In this document: one piece after another, positions 1 to 13,300 of the stretch
Numbering within the stretch: the first letter of the stretch is position 1
Layout: each line of letters opens with the position of its first letter
Assembly: GCA_002269645.1 (NCBI GenBank)
Contig: NIVC01001588.1
Coordinates: forward strand, 115,204-179,203
Reading direction: 5' to 3'
Source: Macrostomum lignano
Taxonomy: Eukaryota
DNA: 64,000 bases
Notes under the pieces: model-generated
Told to the model about the DNA's origin: nothing
The model's database searches: none
Seen by the model: the letters and a program-made list of their open reading frames with translations, nothing else
Translations under genes and position numbers: made by a program

Positions 1-2705
1 GCTGGCGGCTGACGCTGCTGACGAGAAGTCGACGCAGCTTGCTGCTGTCGTTGCTGCTGCTGCTGCTGCTGCTGCGTCTGTGACTGCTGCCCAGGGCGTG
101 GCCGCTTGCGGCCCTGCAGTGAATGATAGCCATCTATATTCATATAAAGTGATTTATAATACACTGGTGTGCGAGCTCTGATTTCTCGGGGGTTTAAAGA
201 TGACATTCCGATATTAGGGAAATGGCATTCCATTTTCATTTACGAAACGGCCCTAGGAAATAGCATTGAATTGCAATGTCTAGGAAATGGCCCTGTGGCT
301 TCTAGGAAAGGTCATTCTGTTTCTTGGAAATAGCAATGTGGTTTCTAGGAAAGGTCATTCTGTTTCTTGGAAATCGCATAGAATCGAACCCCCTTCCTAC
401 CCAAGCACGGCGGCCCGTACAGACCTGCAGTTTATCCAACTTCTCGCGCTGCTCCGCAACCCGAGCGTCGCGTTCCGCCCTCCGCTCGGGCGCCAGCTCG
501 GCCACCATCCGGTCAACGTAGGAGTCCACGACTAGGGCGCGAGACAAGCTGCCGTTGCCGGGCGCCCGGCACTGCGGGCATTCGTTCTTCCTGCGCAGCC
601 ACTCTTCTATGCAGTAGCGACAGAACGTGTGCGAGCAGGGCATTGTCGCGGCGTCAACTAGCAGGTCGCAGCAGATTGGGCAGTTCAATTCGGTCTCGAG
701 CACTTCGGCGAGGCTGCGCATTATGTCGGCGCGAGCTTCCGGGGTGACGCCGCCGGAGCTGGCGGCAGCGTCGCGGGCTTTCGACAGTTCGCCTTCCAGC
801 ACAGCCTGCAACAGTGGCGAAGGTGTGCGGCTGTAGCGATTGGGGGTCAGTGAGTGCACTGGGGACAGGGGTTTTGTTGGGAAAGGGTGTGTACATTGGG
901 GGCAGAGATTTAGTAAGGAGTGTACATTGTGGGCAGATATTTGGTCGGGAGTGTACACTGGGGGCAGAGATTTAGTAAGGAGTGTACATTGGTGGGGGGA
1001 GAGATTCTGTCAGGAGTGTACATTGGTGGCGGGAGAGAGATTCTGTCAGGAGTGTACATGGAGGGGCAGAGATTTAGTCAGGAGTGTACACTGGAGACAG
1101 ATTTAGAGACAGCGCACCTGCTTAGCCTCCTTATCCCTGAGCGCCTGCTCCAGCCTTGCCCTCTCCCGTTGCAGCAGCGCCTCGTGCTCGGCGTCCCTAT
1201 CCGCCATCTCCTTGCGCATCTCCGCCTCTAAGCCGGCCATCACGGCCAGCCTGTCGGCTTCCAGGGCTTCAACTTCGTCCGCTAGACGCTTTCGCATCTG
1301 GCGCTCCTGTTCGGCCAGGGCGCGGTCCTTCTCGGCCAGTTGGTCGCGCAGGGCCTCCAGTTCCCGTCGCATAGCGGCCACTTCGGCATCTTTGTCTGCC
1401 GCGGTGTCGGCCTAATTAGTGAAAGTTGGATATTGAAATGGCTGAGGCTTGGGCTCTACATGCGGGACTTTATGCCCACAGTATATTGTATAAGGTAGGC
1501 TACTCACAGGTCCTGAAGGCACATTCGTGTCCGATGCTTTCCGCTTTGGAGAAGTCGCTGCGCACGACTGGAATAGTTTAATATTTAATAAACAGTATCC
1601 ATAGATGCGGAACCCCAACAAGACACCGGAAATAGGAGGGTAGCGGAACCCCAACAAGACACCGGAAATAGGAGGGTAGCGGAACCCCAACAAGACACCG
1701 GAAATAGGAGGGTAGCGGAACCCCAACAAGACACCGGAAATAGGAGGGTAGCGGAACCCCAACAAGACACCGGAAATAGGAGGGTAGCGGAACCCCAACA
1801 AGACACCGGAAATAGGAGGGTAGCGGAACCCCAACAAGACACCGGAAATAGGAGGGTAGCGGAACCCCAACAAGACACCGGAAATAGGAGGGTAGCGGAA
1901 CCCCAACAAGACACCGGAAATAGGAGGGTAGCGGAACTCCAACAAGACACCGGAAATAGGAGGGTAGCGGAACCCCAACAAGACACCGGAAATAGGAGGG
2001 TAGCGGAACCCCAACAAGACACCAGAAATAGGAGGGTAGCGGAACCCCAACAAGACACCCGAAAAATAAGCGTAGCTACCTCACCTCAGCATCGCCATTT
2101 CCGGCGTCATTTCTAGCTGTAGCTGGGCTAGACCTTTTCCTACTAGAAGCAGCAAAGCTGGCGGAGCAGTCAGCCACAGCGGACGGCCGGTGCAGCGGAC
2201 AATCGGCCGCCACGAACTCCAGCCAAAGCACCGACTCGCGCGGCGGCCCAACCGTGATTCGATCGCCGCACCGTAACGGCGGTGCCGAATTAGCGCCGCC
2301 AATGTCAACTGGCGCCCGGCGCCCGTTAACAAACGTGCCATTGGCGCTGCCGCAGTCGACTGCTCGCCAGTCCCAGCCGGTCAGCTGATCGGGCGGAGTG
2401 CCGGCATGCCGAACCACCGGAACCAGAGCCAGCTGCTGCCTAGAGGCGGAGCCGTGTCTGAGAATGAGATTAGCGTCCGGCCGCCGACCGATGCTCAGCG
2501 CTCGAGTGTCGCCGCCGCCGCACAGCCGGTAGACTCCAGTCTTGCCGAGAGCCGGCTCGGGGCCGCGACTCACTAGACAGCAGCGACACTGGCCGGCACT
2601 GGATTTCGGCGTTGTCGAATTCTCGCCTGACAAACTGGCAGCGCCAGCCGATAATTTGCCGCTGCTGTTCGACACCACAGGCTGGATTGAACAGGAGGCT
2701 TGCAT
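1..2705 (-). CDS. RNF8: E3 ubiquitin ligase RNF8-like (FHA + coiled coil + C3HC4 RING), multi-exon, 3' end runs out of window
   Basis: Exons 2705-2085 (FHA: SIGRRPDANL..SASRQQ..DCGSANGTFVNGRR), 1567-1508, 1411-1118 (coiled coil), 805-425 (LETELNCPICCDLL..CSHTFCRYCIEEWLRRKNECPQC) and 113-<1 (GRKRPRP, poly-Q). All joins are GT..AG, phase 0 and in frame. An acceptor at 2721 precedes the ATG, so an upstream exon is possible. Confidence 0.9.
841..1110 (+). repeat. ~30-bp degenerate minisatellite in RNF8 intron
   Basis: Unit like GGGGCAGAGATTTAGTAAGGAGTGTACATT, about 7 copies, inside intron 806-1117. Confidence 0.85.
1607..2064 (+). repeat. 36-bp minisatellite in RNF8 intron
   Basis: GCGGAACCCCAACAAGACACCGGAAATAGGAGGGTA, about 12.5 near-identical head-to-tail copies with no spacers. 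Confidence 0.97.
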
Positions 2706-2739
2706 AGCAGCTGCTGTCTTCTAGAGGAAAGTTTTGCTT

Positions 2740-3840
2740 GGAAAATTGCATACTGGTATATGGGAAATAGCATACTGGAATCTGGGAAATGGCATACTGG
2801 AATCTGGGAAATGGCATACTGGAATCTGGGATATGGCGTACTGGAATCTGGGAAATGGCATACTGGAATCTGGGAAATGGCATACTGGAATCTGGGAAAT
2901 GGCATACTGGAATCTGGGAAATGGCATACTGGAATCTGGGAAATGGCATACTGGAATCTGGGAAATGGCATACTGGAATCTGGGAAATGGCATACTGGAA
3001 TCTGGGAAATGGCATACTGGTATATGGGAAATGGCATACCGGAATCTGGGAAATGGCATACTGGAATCTGGGAAATGGCATACTGGAATCTGGGAAATGG
3101 CATACTGGAATCTGGAAAATGGCATACTGGAATCTGGGAAATGGCATACTGGAATCTGGGAAATGGCATACCGGAATCTGGGAAATGGCATACTGGAATC
3201 TGGGAAATGGCATACTGGTGTATGGGAAATCACATACTGGAAGCTAGGAAATGGCATACTGGAATCTGGAAAATGGCATACTGGAATCTGGGAAATGGCA
3301 TACTGGCATATGGGAAATGGCATACTGGCATATGGGAAATGGCATATTGGAATCTGGGAAATCCACTGGAAGCTAGGAAATGGCATATTGGAATCTGGGA
3401 AATCCACTGGAAGCTAGGAAATGGCATACTGGCATATCGGAATTGGCCTACTGGAAGCTAGGAAATGGCATACTGGAATCTGGGAAATGGCATACTGGCA
3501 TATCGGAAATGGCCTACTGGAAGCTAGGAAATGGCATACTGGTATATCGGAAATGGCCTACTGGAAGCTAGGAAATGGCATACTGGTATATCGGAAATGG
3601 CCTACTGGAAGCTAGGAAATGGCATACTGGTATATCGGAAATGGCCTACTGGAAGCTAGGAAATGGCATACTGGTATATCGGAAATGGCCTACTGGAAGC
3701 TAGGAAATGGCATACTGGTATATCGGAAATGGCCTACTGGAAGCTAGGAAATGGCATACTGGTATATGGGAAATGGCATACTGGTATCTGGGAAATGGCA
3801 TACTGGTATCTGGGAAATGGCATACTGGTATCTGGGAAAT
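2740..3840 (+). repeat. 22-bp minisatellite upstream of the RNF8 FHA exon
   Basis: GGCATACTGGAATCTGGGAAAT, about 50 copies, drifting to GAAGCTAGGAAAT/TATATCGGAAAT variants. Confidence 0.97.
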
Positions 3841-4385
3841 GAACCCATCAAAGAATGTTGCACTAAACGGATATGAATTTTCTAGACATGTTAGGCGTCC
3901 ATTGTCTCCAAAAATGAGGGAAAAGTTTTAGCAAAGATTTATGACGATGTAAGTGCCAATCTAAGCTTAACTATATATTTTTGTTGCATAACGGTAGCAA
4001 GAAAACTTTTAGTAAATGAGTACTTTATAGCTCGTACTATTTCCACTTCTATAAATATTCTACATAGTAAATATTACAAGCTTATGTTACCATAGAAACT
4101 GTCAAACACTTTCTGCTACAGGCTGCGAGCACAACACTAACTGGGATTGCTACTCAGGGCTAAACGGTTTGAAGTTGTACACGCCAGACGAAGAGAAACA
4201 ACACAAAAAACTTCTCTATACTGCTACAAGTAGAACAGTCAGATCTATAGATAATTAATATATCGGTTTTGCTGTCTTTAACAAACAAACTGCTTTTAAT
4301 GAAGAAGAGGCTGTGTTTTAGTCGCGAGAAATATTTAATTTAACAGTTTTCGATCCACACCAGTCCGAATAGTTCAAGGAGGCCT

Positions 4386-6822
4386 TCAAGCTGTCGCCTG
4401 CTTAGTGGTCTCCTTCTTGTACTTGTTGTAGTTCACCATCATCAGCTTGATCTCGGCGATAGCGCGACCGGGGTTGAGGCCCTGCAACAGGGTTATTGAT
4501 TGTAGATTAATTGATCAAAGACTAGATAAGACAGCCGGAAGGGTGCCAGGTCCAACAAAGACCAGCTTGAAGGGTGCCAGGTCCAACAAAGACCAGCTTG
4601 AAGGGTGCCAGGTCCAACAAAGACCAACTTGAAGGGTGCCAGGTCCAACAAAGACCAACTTGAAGGGTGCCAGGTCCAACAAAGACCAACTTGAAGGGTG
4701 CCAGGTCCAACAAAGACCAGCTTGAAGAGTGCCAGGTCTGACAAAGACCAGGGCGAAAATTATCCAAGCAGATACCAGCGCTTACCTTCGGGCAGGTCTC
4801 GGTGCAGTTCATGATAGTGTGGCAGCGGTACAGGCTGTCCTTATTCTGCATGCTCTCCAACCGCTCGAATGTGTAATCATCACGCGAGTCAATCATCCAG
4901 CGATAGGCCTGGGGTTGGCGAGTGAAGCACAAAGCAAATGCAGGGGTACGATCGCGATTGAGTTTTTAGAGTTGAGGTTAAAAAACACCCCCACCTTCAG
5001 TTCTAGGCTCTGAACCGCCCCTAAGATCCGCTGCCTTCCATGTCCCTTGAAGATCCGCCCCACGCCACTAAGCTAAGCCCCATGTCACTAAGATCCACCC
5101 CCATGTCACTAAGATCCACCCCCATGTCACTAAGATCCACCCCCATGTCACTAAGATCCACCCCCATGTCACTAATATCCGCCCCATGATATCAATATCC
5201 GCCCCATATACTAATATCCACCCCCATGTCTCTAAGATCCGCCCCATGATATCAATATCCGCCCCATGTCTCTAATATCCGCCTCATATATCTAATACCC
5301 GCCCTATGTCTCTAATATCCGCCTCATATATCTAATATCCGCCCTATGTCTCTAATATCCGCCCCATGCCTCTAAGATCCGCCCCCATGCCTCTAAGATC
5401 GGACACTGCGGCAAACGCAACCTGAGCCGATAGCAGAAAGCTACAGAAGTCCCCAACTCGCACCTGCATAAGCACAGCGGGCCCAAGGTACTTGTCGCCG
5501 TTCCACCAGTAGGCTGGGCAGGAGGTGCTGCAGCAGGCACACATGATGCACTCGTACAGGCCGTCAAGCTTGTCGCGATCGGCGATGGACTGTTGAAAGG
5601 CCTCCTTGCCGAGGTCCTCCTCTTTAAAGTTCTTCTTTTTCAGGTAAGGCTCGATGGACCTGATGGAACGGTTGTTGCGAGCTTTTTGGTTCAACAACTT
5701 GCCATTAAATAGGGTTTTAGATAAACGCATTCATCTCAACCAGTGGCTTGTAGGTCACTGATCTCTCCAACGTAAAAAATTTGATTTAAAATCTCGCATT
5801 AGAAGTCTCTAGGCATAAAATCTCACCTGAGAAGTCTGTAAACCTCACCCTAATAGATTCTGCAGGTCTCAAATCTCACCCAATAGATTTGCAGGTCTCA
5901 AATCTCACCCAATAGATTTGCAGGTCTCAAATCTCACCCCAGTAGATTTTGATGTCGGTTAAATAAGATTTAAACAAGGTTTCAATTCAAAAGCCAAACA
6001 CCTCACTTCTTTAATCCACCTAAATCATACCGGAGACCTGAAGCAAATACAAGAAGGAAGCCGCACCTGTACTGCGCATAGAAGTTGTTCATGTCCGGCA
6101 CCAGGTCCTTGATGATGTACATGTGCGGCAGCGGATAGATTTTGCTAGTTTTGCCGCTGGTATCGATCGGGCAGATGCAGGCCAGGGTGTTGCGACCGTC
6201 AATGTTCATCGAGCAGGAGCCGCAGATGCCCTCCCGGCAGGATCGGCGAAATGTCAGGGTCGGGTCGACCTCATTCTTGATCTTGATCAGCGCGTCAAGC
6301 ACCATCGGGCCGCAGTCGTTCAGGTCGATCTCGTAGGTCTGCATCTTTGGCCTGCTCTCCGGCTGGTCCGGGTTGTAGCGGTAGATGGAGAACTTCTTCG
6401 GCTGCGGCGTCTTGGCGCTGGCTGCGGCAGCGGCCGCGCTCAGTGAGGTCGCCTGAGAGAGCAGTTTAGGGGGCTCAGGTGACCATTAACGAGTTCAGGT
6501 GGGGACTGGGGAGTTTGGGTGGGGATTGGGGAGTTTGGGTGGGGACTGGGGAGTTCTGGTTGGGATTTGGGAGTTTAGGTGGGGATTGGGGGGGTTCAGG
6601 TGGGGATTGGGGAGTACTGGTGGGGATTTGGGAGTTCAGGAGGGATTCGAAGGCTTTAAATTTTACTACCTCTTTCAGATGCTAGACAACATACATAAAT
6701 TACAATCTGAAATTACAGATGATTGTAAAGTCAAAACTATAATATATATGGAAAATTTAAAGACTTACAGGCTGCCTAAACAGGCAGACAGCAGTTCGAG
6801 CAAACACACGCGATGGTAGCAT
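4386..6822 (-). CDS. SDHB: Succinate dehydrogenase iron-sulfur subunit, mitochondrial
   Basis: Exons 6822-6769 ([18 protein letters not shown], transit-like), 6452-6067 ([17 protein letters not shown]), 5659-5464 ([17 protein letters not shown]), 4908-4786 ([15 protein letters not shown]) and 4481-4386 ([15 protein letters not shown]). Canonical GT..AG sites throughout. Confidence 0.97.
4538..4750 (+). repeat. 31-bp minisatellite in SDHB last intron
   Basis: GAAGGGTGCCAGGTCCAACAAAGACCAGCTT, about 7 copies. Confidence 0.93.
5010..5400 (+). repeat. ~21-bp minisatellite in SDHB intron 3
   Basis: TAAGATCCACCCCCATGTCAC and variants, about 18 copies. Confidence 0.9.
5850..5945 (+). repeat. 29-bp repeat in SDHB intron 2
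   Basis: GCAGGTCTCAAATCTCACCCAATAGATTT, about 3 copies. Confidence 0.8.
6490..6645 (+). repeat. G-rich ~20-bp minisatellite next to SDHB intron 1 acceptor
   Basis: GGTGGGGA(C/T)TGGGGAGTTTG-like units. Confidence 0.8.
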
Positions 6823-6942
6823 GGTGAAGAAACTGAAAATGAATTTTCGGTAGTAGTGGAAATAGAAACAGGTCAACTAAGGCACTCTACATCTAGCTAG
6901 AGTAACTGGCTGACAAAAGACTGATTCAATGAGAGATATTTT

Positions 6943-7209
6943 CATACATGCGCAACTGCTGGCCGACCTGGCCACTGTAAATTGTGGTGGACCAGGGGTA
7001 AGTCACAAAAATGACACCCCAAAGAATAAAGATGTAGTACTAATTAGATGACGAGGCATTTAGCCCTTATAAGAGAGTTATAGTTACTCCTGCTGTTTAC
7101 CCAAAATTGCGTTAATGTTGCTCTAGGGTTTCTTTCACAGGTAAGTCGCATTTTTGGTCAAAAAGTAAGTCGCATGGCCAGTGTAAATCAGGGGGGTTGC
7201 GCATGTATG
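6943..7209. mobile_element. hAT-type MITE
   Basis: 14-bp TIRs CATACATGCGCAAC / GTTGCGCATGTATG. Flanking 8-mers GATATTTT / CATATTTT match 7/8, consistent with an 8-bp TSD. The same terminal motif recurs at 57152. Confidence 0.75.
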
Positions 7210-8794
7210 CATATTTTATTGTTGCATAGAGCTGTTGTATACAATAAACACTATACCATAACAGTGGTTTAAATGCAACTAGCAAAACAAGGATGCCTCT
7301 TAGCCTTGGGAGGCTAAACTTTCTTACACTTGTAGTAATACATCAAAAACTGCTTGCCAATTGCAATTTGACCTATTGGGCCTTGTAACTTGATAAGCTT
7401 AAATTTTAGAAAAATTTGCAAAAAAATTGCAAATACATTAATACATTTTTTTTAAGAAATTAAAGATACAAAAAAGTTGTGCAACCTGTTTTATTTTTAT
7501 TGCTTGACCAATTTTCAAAAGTAAAGCATCTTTATTTTCATGCAAATGTCAATGAGATTTATGAAATGAAATAAAACTAAAAAATAACTTAAAAAATCTT
7601 ACTAGAATCCTAACCATAATGAGTTAAGCTTTAGAAACAAAATTGCAATAAGCATTTAAGCTTAGCAGAAAAAACTTTTAAATTTAAAGCAATGTTTTAA
7701 AAACAAAATCTTATAATGGGCCTAGACCAGGGCCTAATTGGCCTATTAGGTAGTAATATTAGGCCTATCTTTAAAAACTCTTGGATAGGCCTATAATCTT
7801 TCTAGTTGCAATCTACATATTCTACATAGTATAATAGCAAGTCAATTTGCCAAAAGTCTATTGGCCAAGAGTTGATTTGCCTAACTAAAGCAGTTGTTTT
7901 GTTAAAAGTTTTGTAATATAAATCTATTGGAAATTAATCAATTTAAAGAATTGAACAAATGGACAAATAAACAAAGTCAAGGTAGCTAAAATGTGTTGAA
8001 GGTTAAATGTTAAAATGAAAAACATTAAAATTAGTCTTGTTTCCTTATTGTCATTGCACAATGGCCAAGGCCAATGCACTTGTAATCATTCATTAAAAAG
8101 TGTCTTTAAATACATATTTGCCATTTTGCCATTTTTGCCTATAAGTTTAAATACATATTTGCTTTTTTGTCTATAAGTAGGCAGTAGTTGAACATTACAA
8201 TTGCAATTACTACCATTTAAATGGGGCAATATATCATGTAAATGATTGTGAACAAAAGCTAAGGGGGTTATACTCTATCATTTCAAGTTCTAGAACTGTT
8301 TGTTAAAACAGATCCTATATATCCACTTTGGTTAACAATCATTTAAATGGCAGAAATACATACAAATGATTGTGAAACAAAGGTAAAGAGGTTTTGTTTT
8401 AGTATCATGATTGATGCTGTCTTGTTGACTTTAAAACTATTCACACATATAGTACAAATTAACAGTTTGACCACTGTAGCACTTCAGACTCAATTCCATA
8501 TGGTATATCTGTAGAGCTCTGTGGAGATAAGACAAATGAATTAGCATACTACATATGTCCTCACACTACCCCCTTTAGCTTTGGTTCACAATCATCTACA
8601 TGTATTTCTACCATTTAAATTATCATAAACCAAATGTCAAATAGACAATTAACTAATAATATAAGTGATTAGCAGGGTAGAAAAGAAGTAAAACAAAGGA
8701 CAAAGACCAAAGCCACAAGTTGAACTTGTATTTATACAAATATCTAGCAAACAAGGCAGCTGAAATATCTGTAGTAAAGTAACAGTTATGATAG

Positions 8795-9151
8795 GAGGGC
8801 CGTAACCCAGCGGTAGCGCAGCTGCTCTGGTGTGCCGCGACCCAGGCTCGATTCCAAGTGCAGTCACATTAATTTGGGTCTGGATTGGAATCTTGGCTTG
8901 GCTCGCTTGTGCAATTAACGGCCTTGAAAGCCAACCCCCCAAGGCGCAGTGAAGTGTACATGCCTAACAATTGATAAAGTTAGGGCCGCTGTACACTCCT
9001 ATGTGAGTGTGTGCCTGTGTAACATATCCGCACGCTTGTATGCCTGCTCAGGGGAGTTGGTGGAATGGGCAGTAATGCCTCTCGCCGGTTGTGTGCCAAT
9101 GACGCTTAAATTGCGCCAGGATGCACACAACCCCCCTGCCTCTAATAAAAA
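8795..9151 (+). mobile_element. tRNA-headed SINE, copy 1
   Basis: A-box-like TAACCCAGCGG, B-box-like GGCTCGATTCC, 3' AATAAAAA tail and a perfect 14-bp TSD AACAGTTATGATAG (8781-8794 / 9152-9165). Homologous copies at 52.8 kb and 57.7 kb. Confidence 0.85.
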
Positions 9152-10382
9152 AACAGTTATGATAGTCTATGGGAAAAATCATGGTAAACAAAGTGAATCG
9201 GCTAACTAAAAAGTATGAGACTGAATCGCAAAACAAAAAGTACAAATATTTAGAGGATAGAAATCTAACACCAAAGTAGATATATAGAATCTTTTTCAAT
9301 AAATAGTTCTAGAACTTCAAATGATATCTAGAGTAAAACCGCTTTCACTTTGGTTTATGATCATCTACATGTATTTCTCCCATTTAAATGATTGTAACTA
9401 AAGTGGATACATAAGATCCTCTCCTCTTTAACTTCAATAAACACTTTATTGATAAGAATATATTATGATTTTTTGTACCAATCAACAATCATTTCATTTT
9501 ACATATAGGCTATTTGGCATTGGATACCTTGATAGGCTAACTAAAAAAATATTGTAGTGACTAGGGCCTAGATTATTAGTTTAATATATTACTAAAATGA
9601 TATGTTTTGTTTTCATCTATCTTTCTAATAGGGATTGTCACAAATTTCAATAATTGTAAACCAAAGGAATGCCAAAAAAATTAGCACTAGGCCTAGCAGA
9701 TAGAAATAAATATTATTATAAAATTGAGAGGGCCTATTAATAATGCAGTTAAAATAATTCTAAAAAAATCCAACTAGGAAAAATTAAACTCATAAACTTT
9801 GTTTAAGCTTCAACATAAAGACCCTAGGGGCCTAATCCTATACTGCTTATTGGCCTGGCCATTATGACATTAGACAGCTATTATTATTTTAGTATCTAAA
9901 CTGACTTTTGGCAAAGAATGATTTCAATGAATTGACTTTCAATAAAGGGATGTTTAGCTAAAATCATTTTTGAAAAAAGGTTTTTGGCAAATAATTTAGT
10001 ATTCCAGTGCTCAGAGCTTGCTCAGGCAAGACACTGCTTAAAGTTAGACCTAGGCTAAGCGTAGCCTAATCTTAGAGTTCTTTTAGTTAGACTTAGGTTT
10101 TATTACTTAGCTATTAAAGAAAGAGTTAGCTAGAGACTTGTCATTTGAAAGTTTATACTATACTCTATAGTAGTAGTAAGTTTGGCTCAGGCAAGAAGCC
10201 TGTTTGCCAATATATTTCTGTGTATTTTAAGAATACTTCAGGAACAGAAGGCACTATTTTGTAGCATTAGTTATTTACTACTATTACAATAAACGAGTTT
10301 TGTGATATAGTTTTTGAAAGAACATGTAAATTTTGTTGACAAAACTTTGGACGACTAATGAGGTGAAAGAAAAAGCAAGGAG

Positions 10383-13300
10383 TTAAAAAAGTATTGCGTG
10401 AAGTTTATGTATGTAGTTGCCAATATTGTGCAAGACAGTTTAGCCTATAGGTTATAAAAATAAGTTATATAGGCCTAGATATTAATCAGGTGATAACAAA
10501 ATTGTATAAAATACAATATTTAAAAGAGCATATAGGATTTTTTTATGGTTTTACAGATGAACTATATGAACAAACAACAGAACGACAGGTAATTAAGAAG
10601 AGAGTTATAAAAACAGGTATCGTATGGCTTTGATGCCAAACAATGGTTCATCCAAAATGCAATAGATATGCATGCATTAATCTGTCAATGAAAAATATTA
10701 AGTATAAGGATTGCTCATAAATAAAATTTGGCAATTATTGTAAACTTGTAAATATACTGTTTGGAGGCCTAAAAAAGGACAAAAAAACCAGCAACTTTTG
10801 ACATCTAACAACTTATGGACTAATGCTCATTAAAAAGAATTTTTTCTATAGAAATAGAAACTTTTCTGCAGAAATGTGCCAAGAAACTATACCAAGGATG
10901 TGAATCGTGATGGTGGGAATAAAATATCTATAGTATATATAGGCCCTAGCCTCTAGGCCAAATTCTTATCAGTGTCAGTTCTAATGAATAATTTTTTACA
11001 ACTAATAAGCACAACTGATAATAATAGGCCTCTAATATTCATAAGAATTAGAATTAGAAAACAATGAGAAAAAGCTGCACCTGCTTATTAACATAGATAC
11101 GGATAGGCCTATGTCCGCTGTTATCCTATAAGACAAATTACTAAATAGAATAAAAAATATTTTAACTTTGGGCTTTGGCTTGGCCTGTACCTTGTGGCTT
11201 GTGCCTGTGGGCTGTGGCTTGTATAAGTTATAACAATTTAATAACAGCTGTGTCTCAGTGTCTGTAAATAATGTATTACGATAACAGTATATAAGTCAGC
11301 TGAAATTCTGTGATTAAATATAACTCAGCAGTCCATACCGATCGATTTTTTTTCTTTCATTCAAGTAGAATTTATTTTTTCCGGAATTTTAACATTTACA
11401 AATTTCTACTTGAATTTTAACAAAACGACTACAGTTTATGCTTATTTCAATAAAAAAATTAAACGCGCATTTGGACAGATTCAAAATGAAAAGCACATTA
11501 TTTTTAATTTTAAAAGCGTCTCATTGAAATATTATTTAGTTTTATATATGTTCTTAACTAGCGTTACATTATATTATATGTTTCAATATATTTTCAATGC
11601 AGAACATCTTAAATGTATGCAGAAATGAAGCTGTAATTGTTTCTGGGCTACACTCAAGATTTGTTGACGGGTCGAAAAACACTGCCACCAAGAGTGAAGC
11701 TTGGTAGCCGAGGGCTATCAACTGCACTACGTATCGTGCAGAAACTGCAGGGTTTTGGAGGTGAGGTGGGTGTCAGAGCCAATGCAAATTCAACGCCTAT
11801 CTAAATACATTAGACCGATTCTAATTGGTCCAGAGTCATTATGTGAGACATTTATACTCTCATGTAAAATCTATACATGTAACCAGTGTACACTGTATCG
11901 TACAGCAGCGACGAGTACAATATAGTACGCATAATTAGCGCTTCACCGTTGTTGTACGTAGAAACGCGCGCGCCCCCATCCCCACACAATGCAGCATTGG
12001 TGTACGCAGAATTAACTGTCCATATTAACTGTTCATATACCAAAAATTGGCAGAATTAACGCGCGCCGACCCACCCCATAACTGTCCATATTATTACTTG
12101 TCCATATTTACTGTCCATCCCAAAATTGGTGTACGCGCAGAACTGTAGCGCCCGCCCACCCCATAACGGTCCATCGGAGAATGTAGGTTTGAATATGCTG
12201 ATAATTTATTCAAAATCACTTATAAAATACACATACTTTCATATAGAGGCGGGCCTGTACAAACTCTCGCCAAGCGATGGGGTGGAGGTTGCGTCATCCA
12301 AGCCTCTCCCCAAGTCAGACCCCAAATGCAGGACTGTGTTGAAGCAGTGCTTTATATTTCTATATTGACAGTGTGGATGATACAAGACCTTTAATTGGTA
12401 ATTATCAACTACTGCTTTACGGTATATCCTCACCCCTCGAGGCCCCTATACTGAATGTTGAACCACCCTTTAACTCGGATCATAGTCAAATTCAACCCTG
12501 TTCGAAAACAGCCACCCCTCCGATGTTTACCAGACACAGCGCAGACACCATAACAAATCGAGCTAAATTTTAACACTCGCCCCTGTTTTCTCTGCCCCCC
12601 CCTTCTAAATGCCAAGGAATTTCGACCCTCTCTCCATTTTCAGTGTACAGACAGATCTTTCCACAGCACAGACCATATATTAAACTTCAAAACCCCTCTC
12701 TTCTCCGATTACGTCATCCATGCCGCCCCAGATAGCAAGAAACCAACTTTTAATGCACACATCAACCCCGCGAGCAAATCCGAGTCCGTCAACCTCTACC
12801 TGCATTGACAAACCCCAGCTGCATTTGTAAATGTACACAGCCTATGAATCAGTGTCTCCACCGCATGCAATTCTGATTTACTTGATCTAAACTTTGTAAA
12901 TAGTATAAGTCACCCTTGCGTTTACTAGAAGTAGTGAAGTCCACAAATTTAAATACGCGAGGCTATTCAATTCTGCCTCTCCGCCTCCCCTACCTTCTCA
13001 CTTCAAGCTTTCAGACTTGGTCTTTGAGACGGTCGGTTTAATCTGTTAGAAGCAGGAATGAATCATGCACTGACCTCTCCATACAAAGTAAAGTTGGAAT
13101 TTCAGACAAGAAATTTGGTTATTTTAAAAGCTAAATGACTAGAAATGCACATTTTTTCATTAAAATGCAGCTTTTCACAGTTTTTTTTCGATTTTAACCT
13201 TAAAATGCAGACTTTGTTGATCAAAATCAGTAGTTTCATCACTAGAAACCATACTTTCAACAGCTAATTTGTCCAAATGTCGCTTTCAACTTGACCTTAG

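Noticed and set aside
1607-2064. 36-bp repeat array as a CRISPR array
   Set aside because: Units are contiguous with no unique spacers, no cas genes are present, and the array lies inside a spliceosomal intron. The same applies to the 34-bp array at 49538-50025.
2470-3931. Multiple 150-250-aa repetitive ORFs
   Set aside because: They are translations of the 22-bp minisatellite in several frames on both strands.
4482-5463. Minisatellite introns as newly inserted introner elements
   Set aside because: These two SDHB intron positions match human SDHB introns, and the introns share no common termini or internal sequence.
8795-8870. Genuine tRNA gene
   Set aside because: No complete cloverleaf is evident; it continues into a 280-bp body with an A-tail and TSD, so it is a SINE head.
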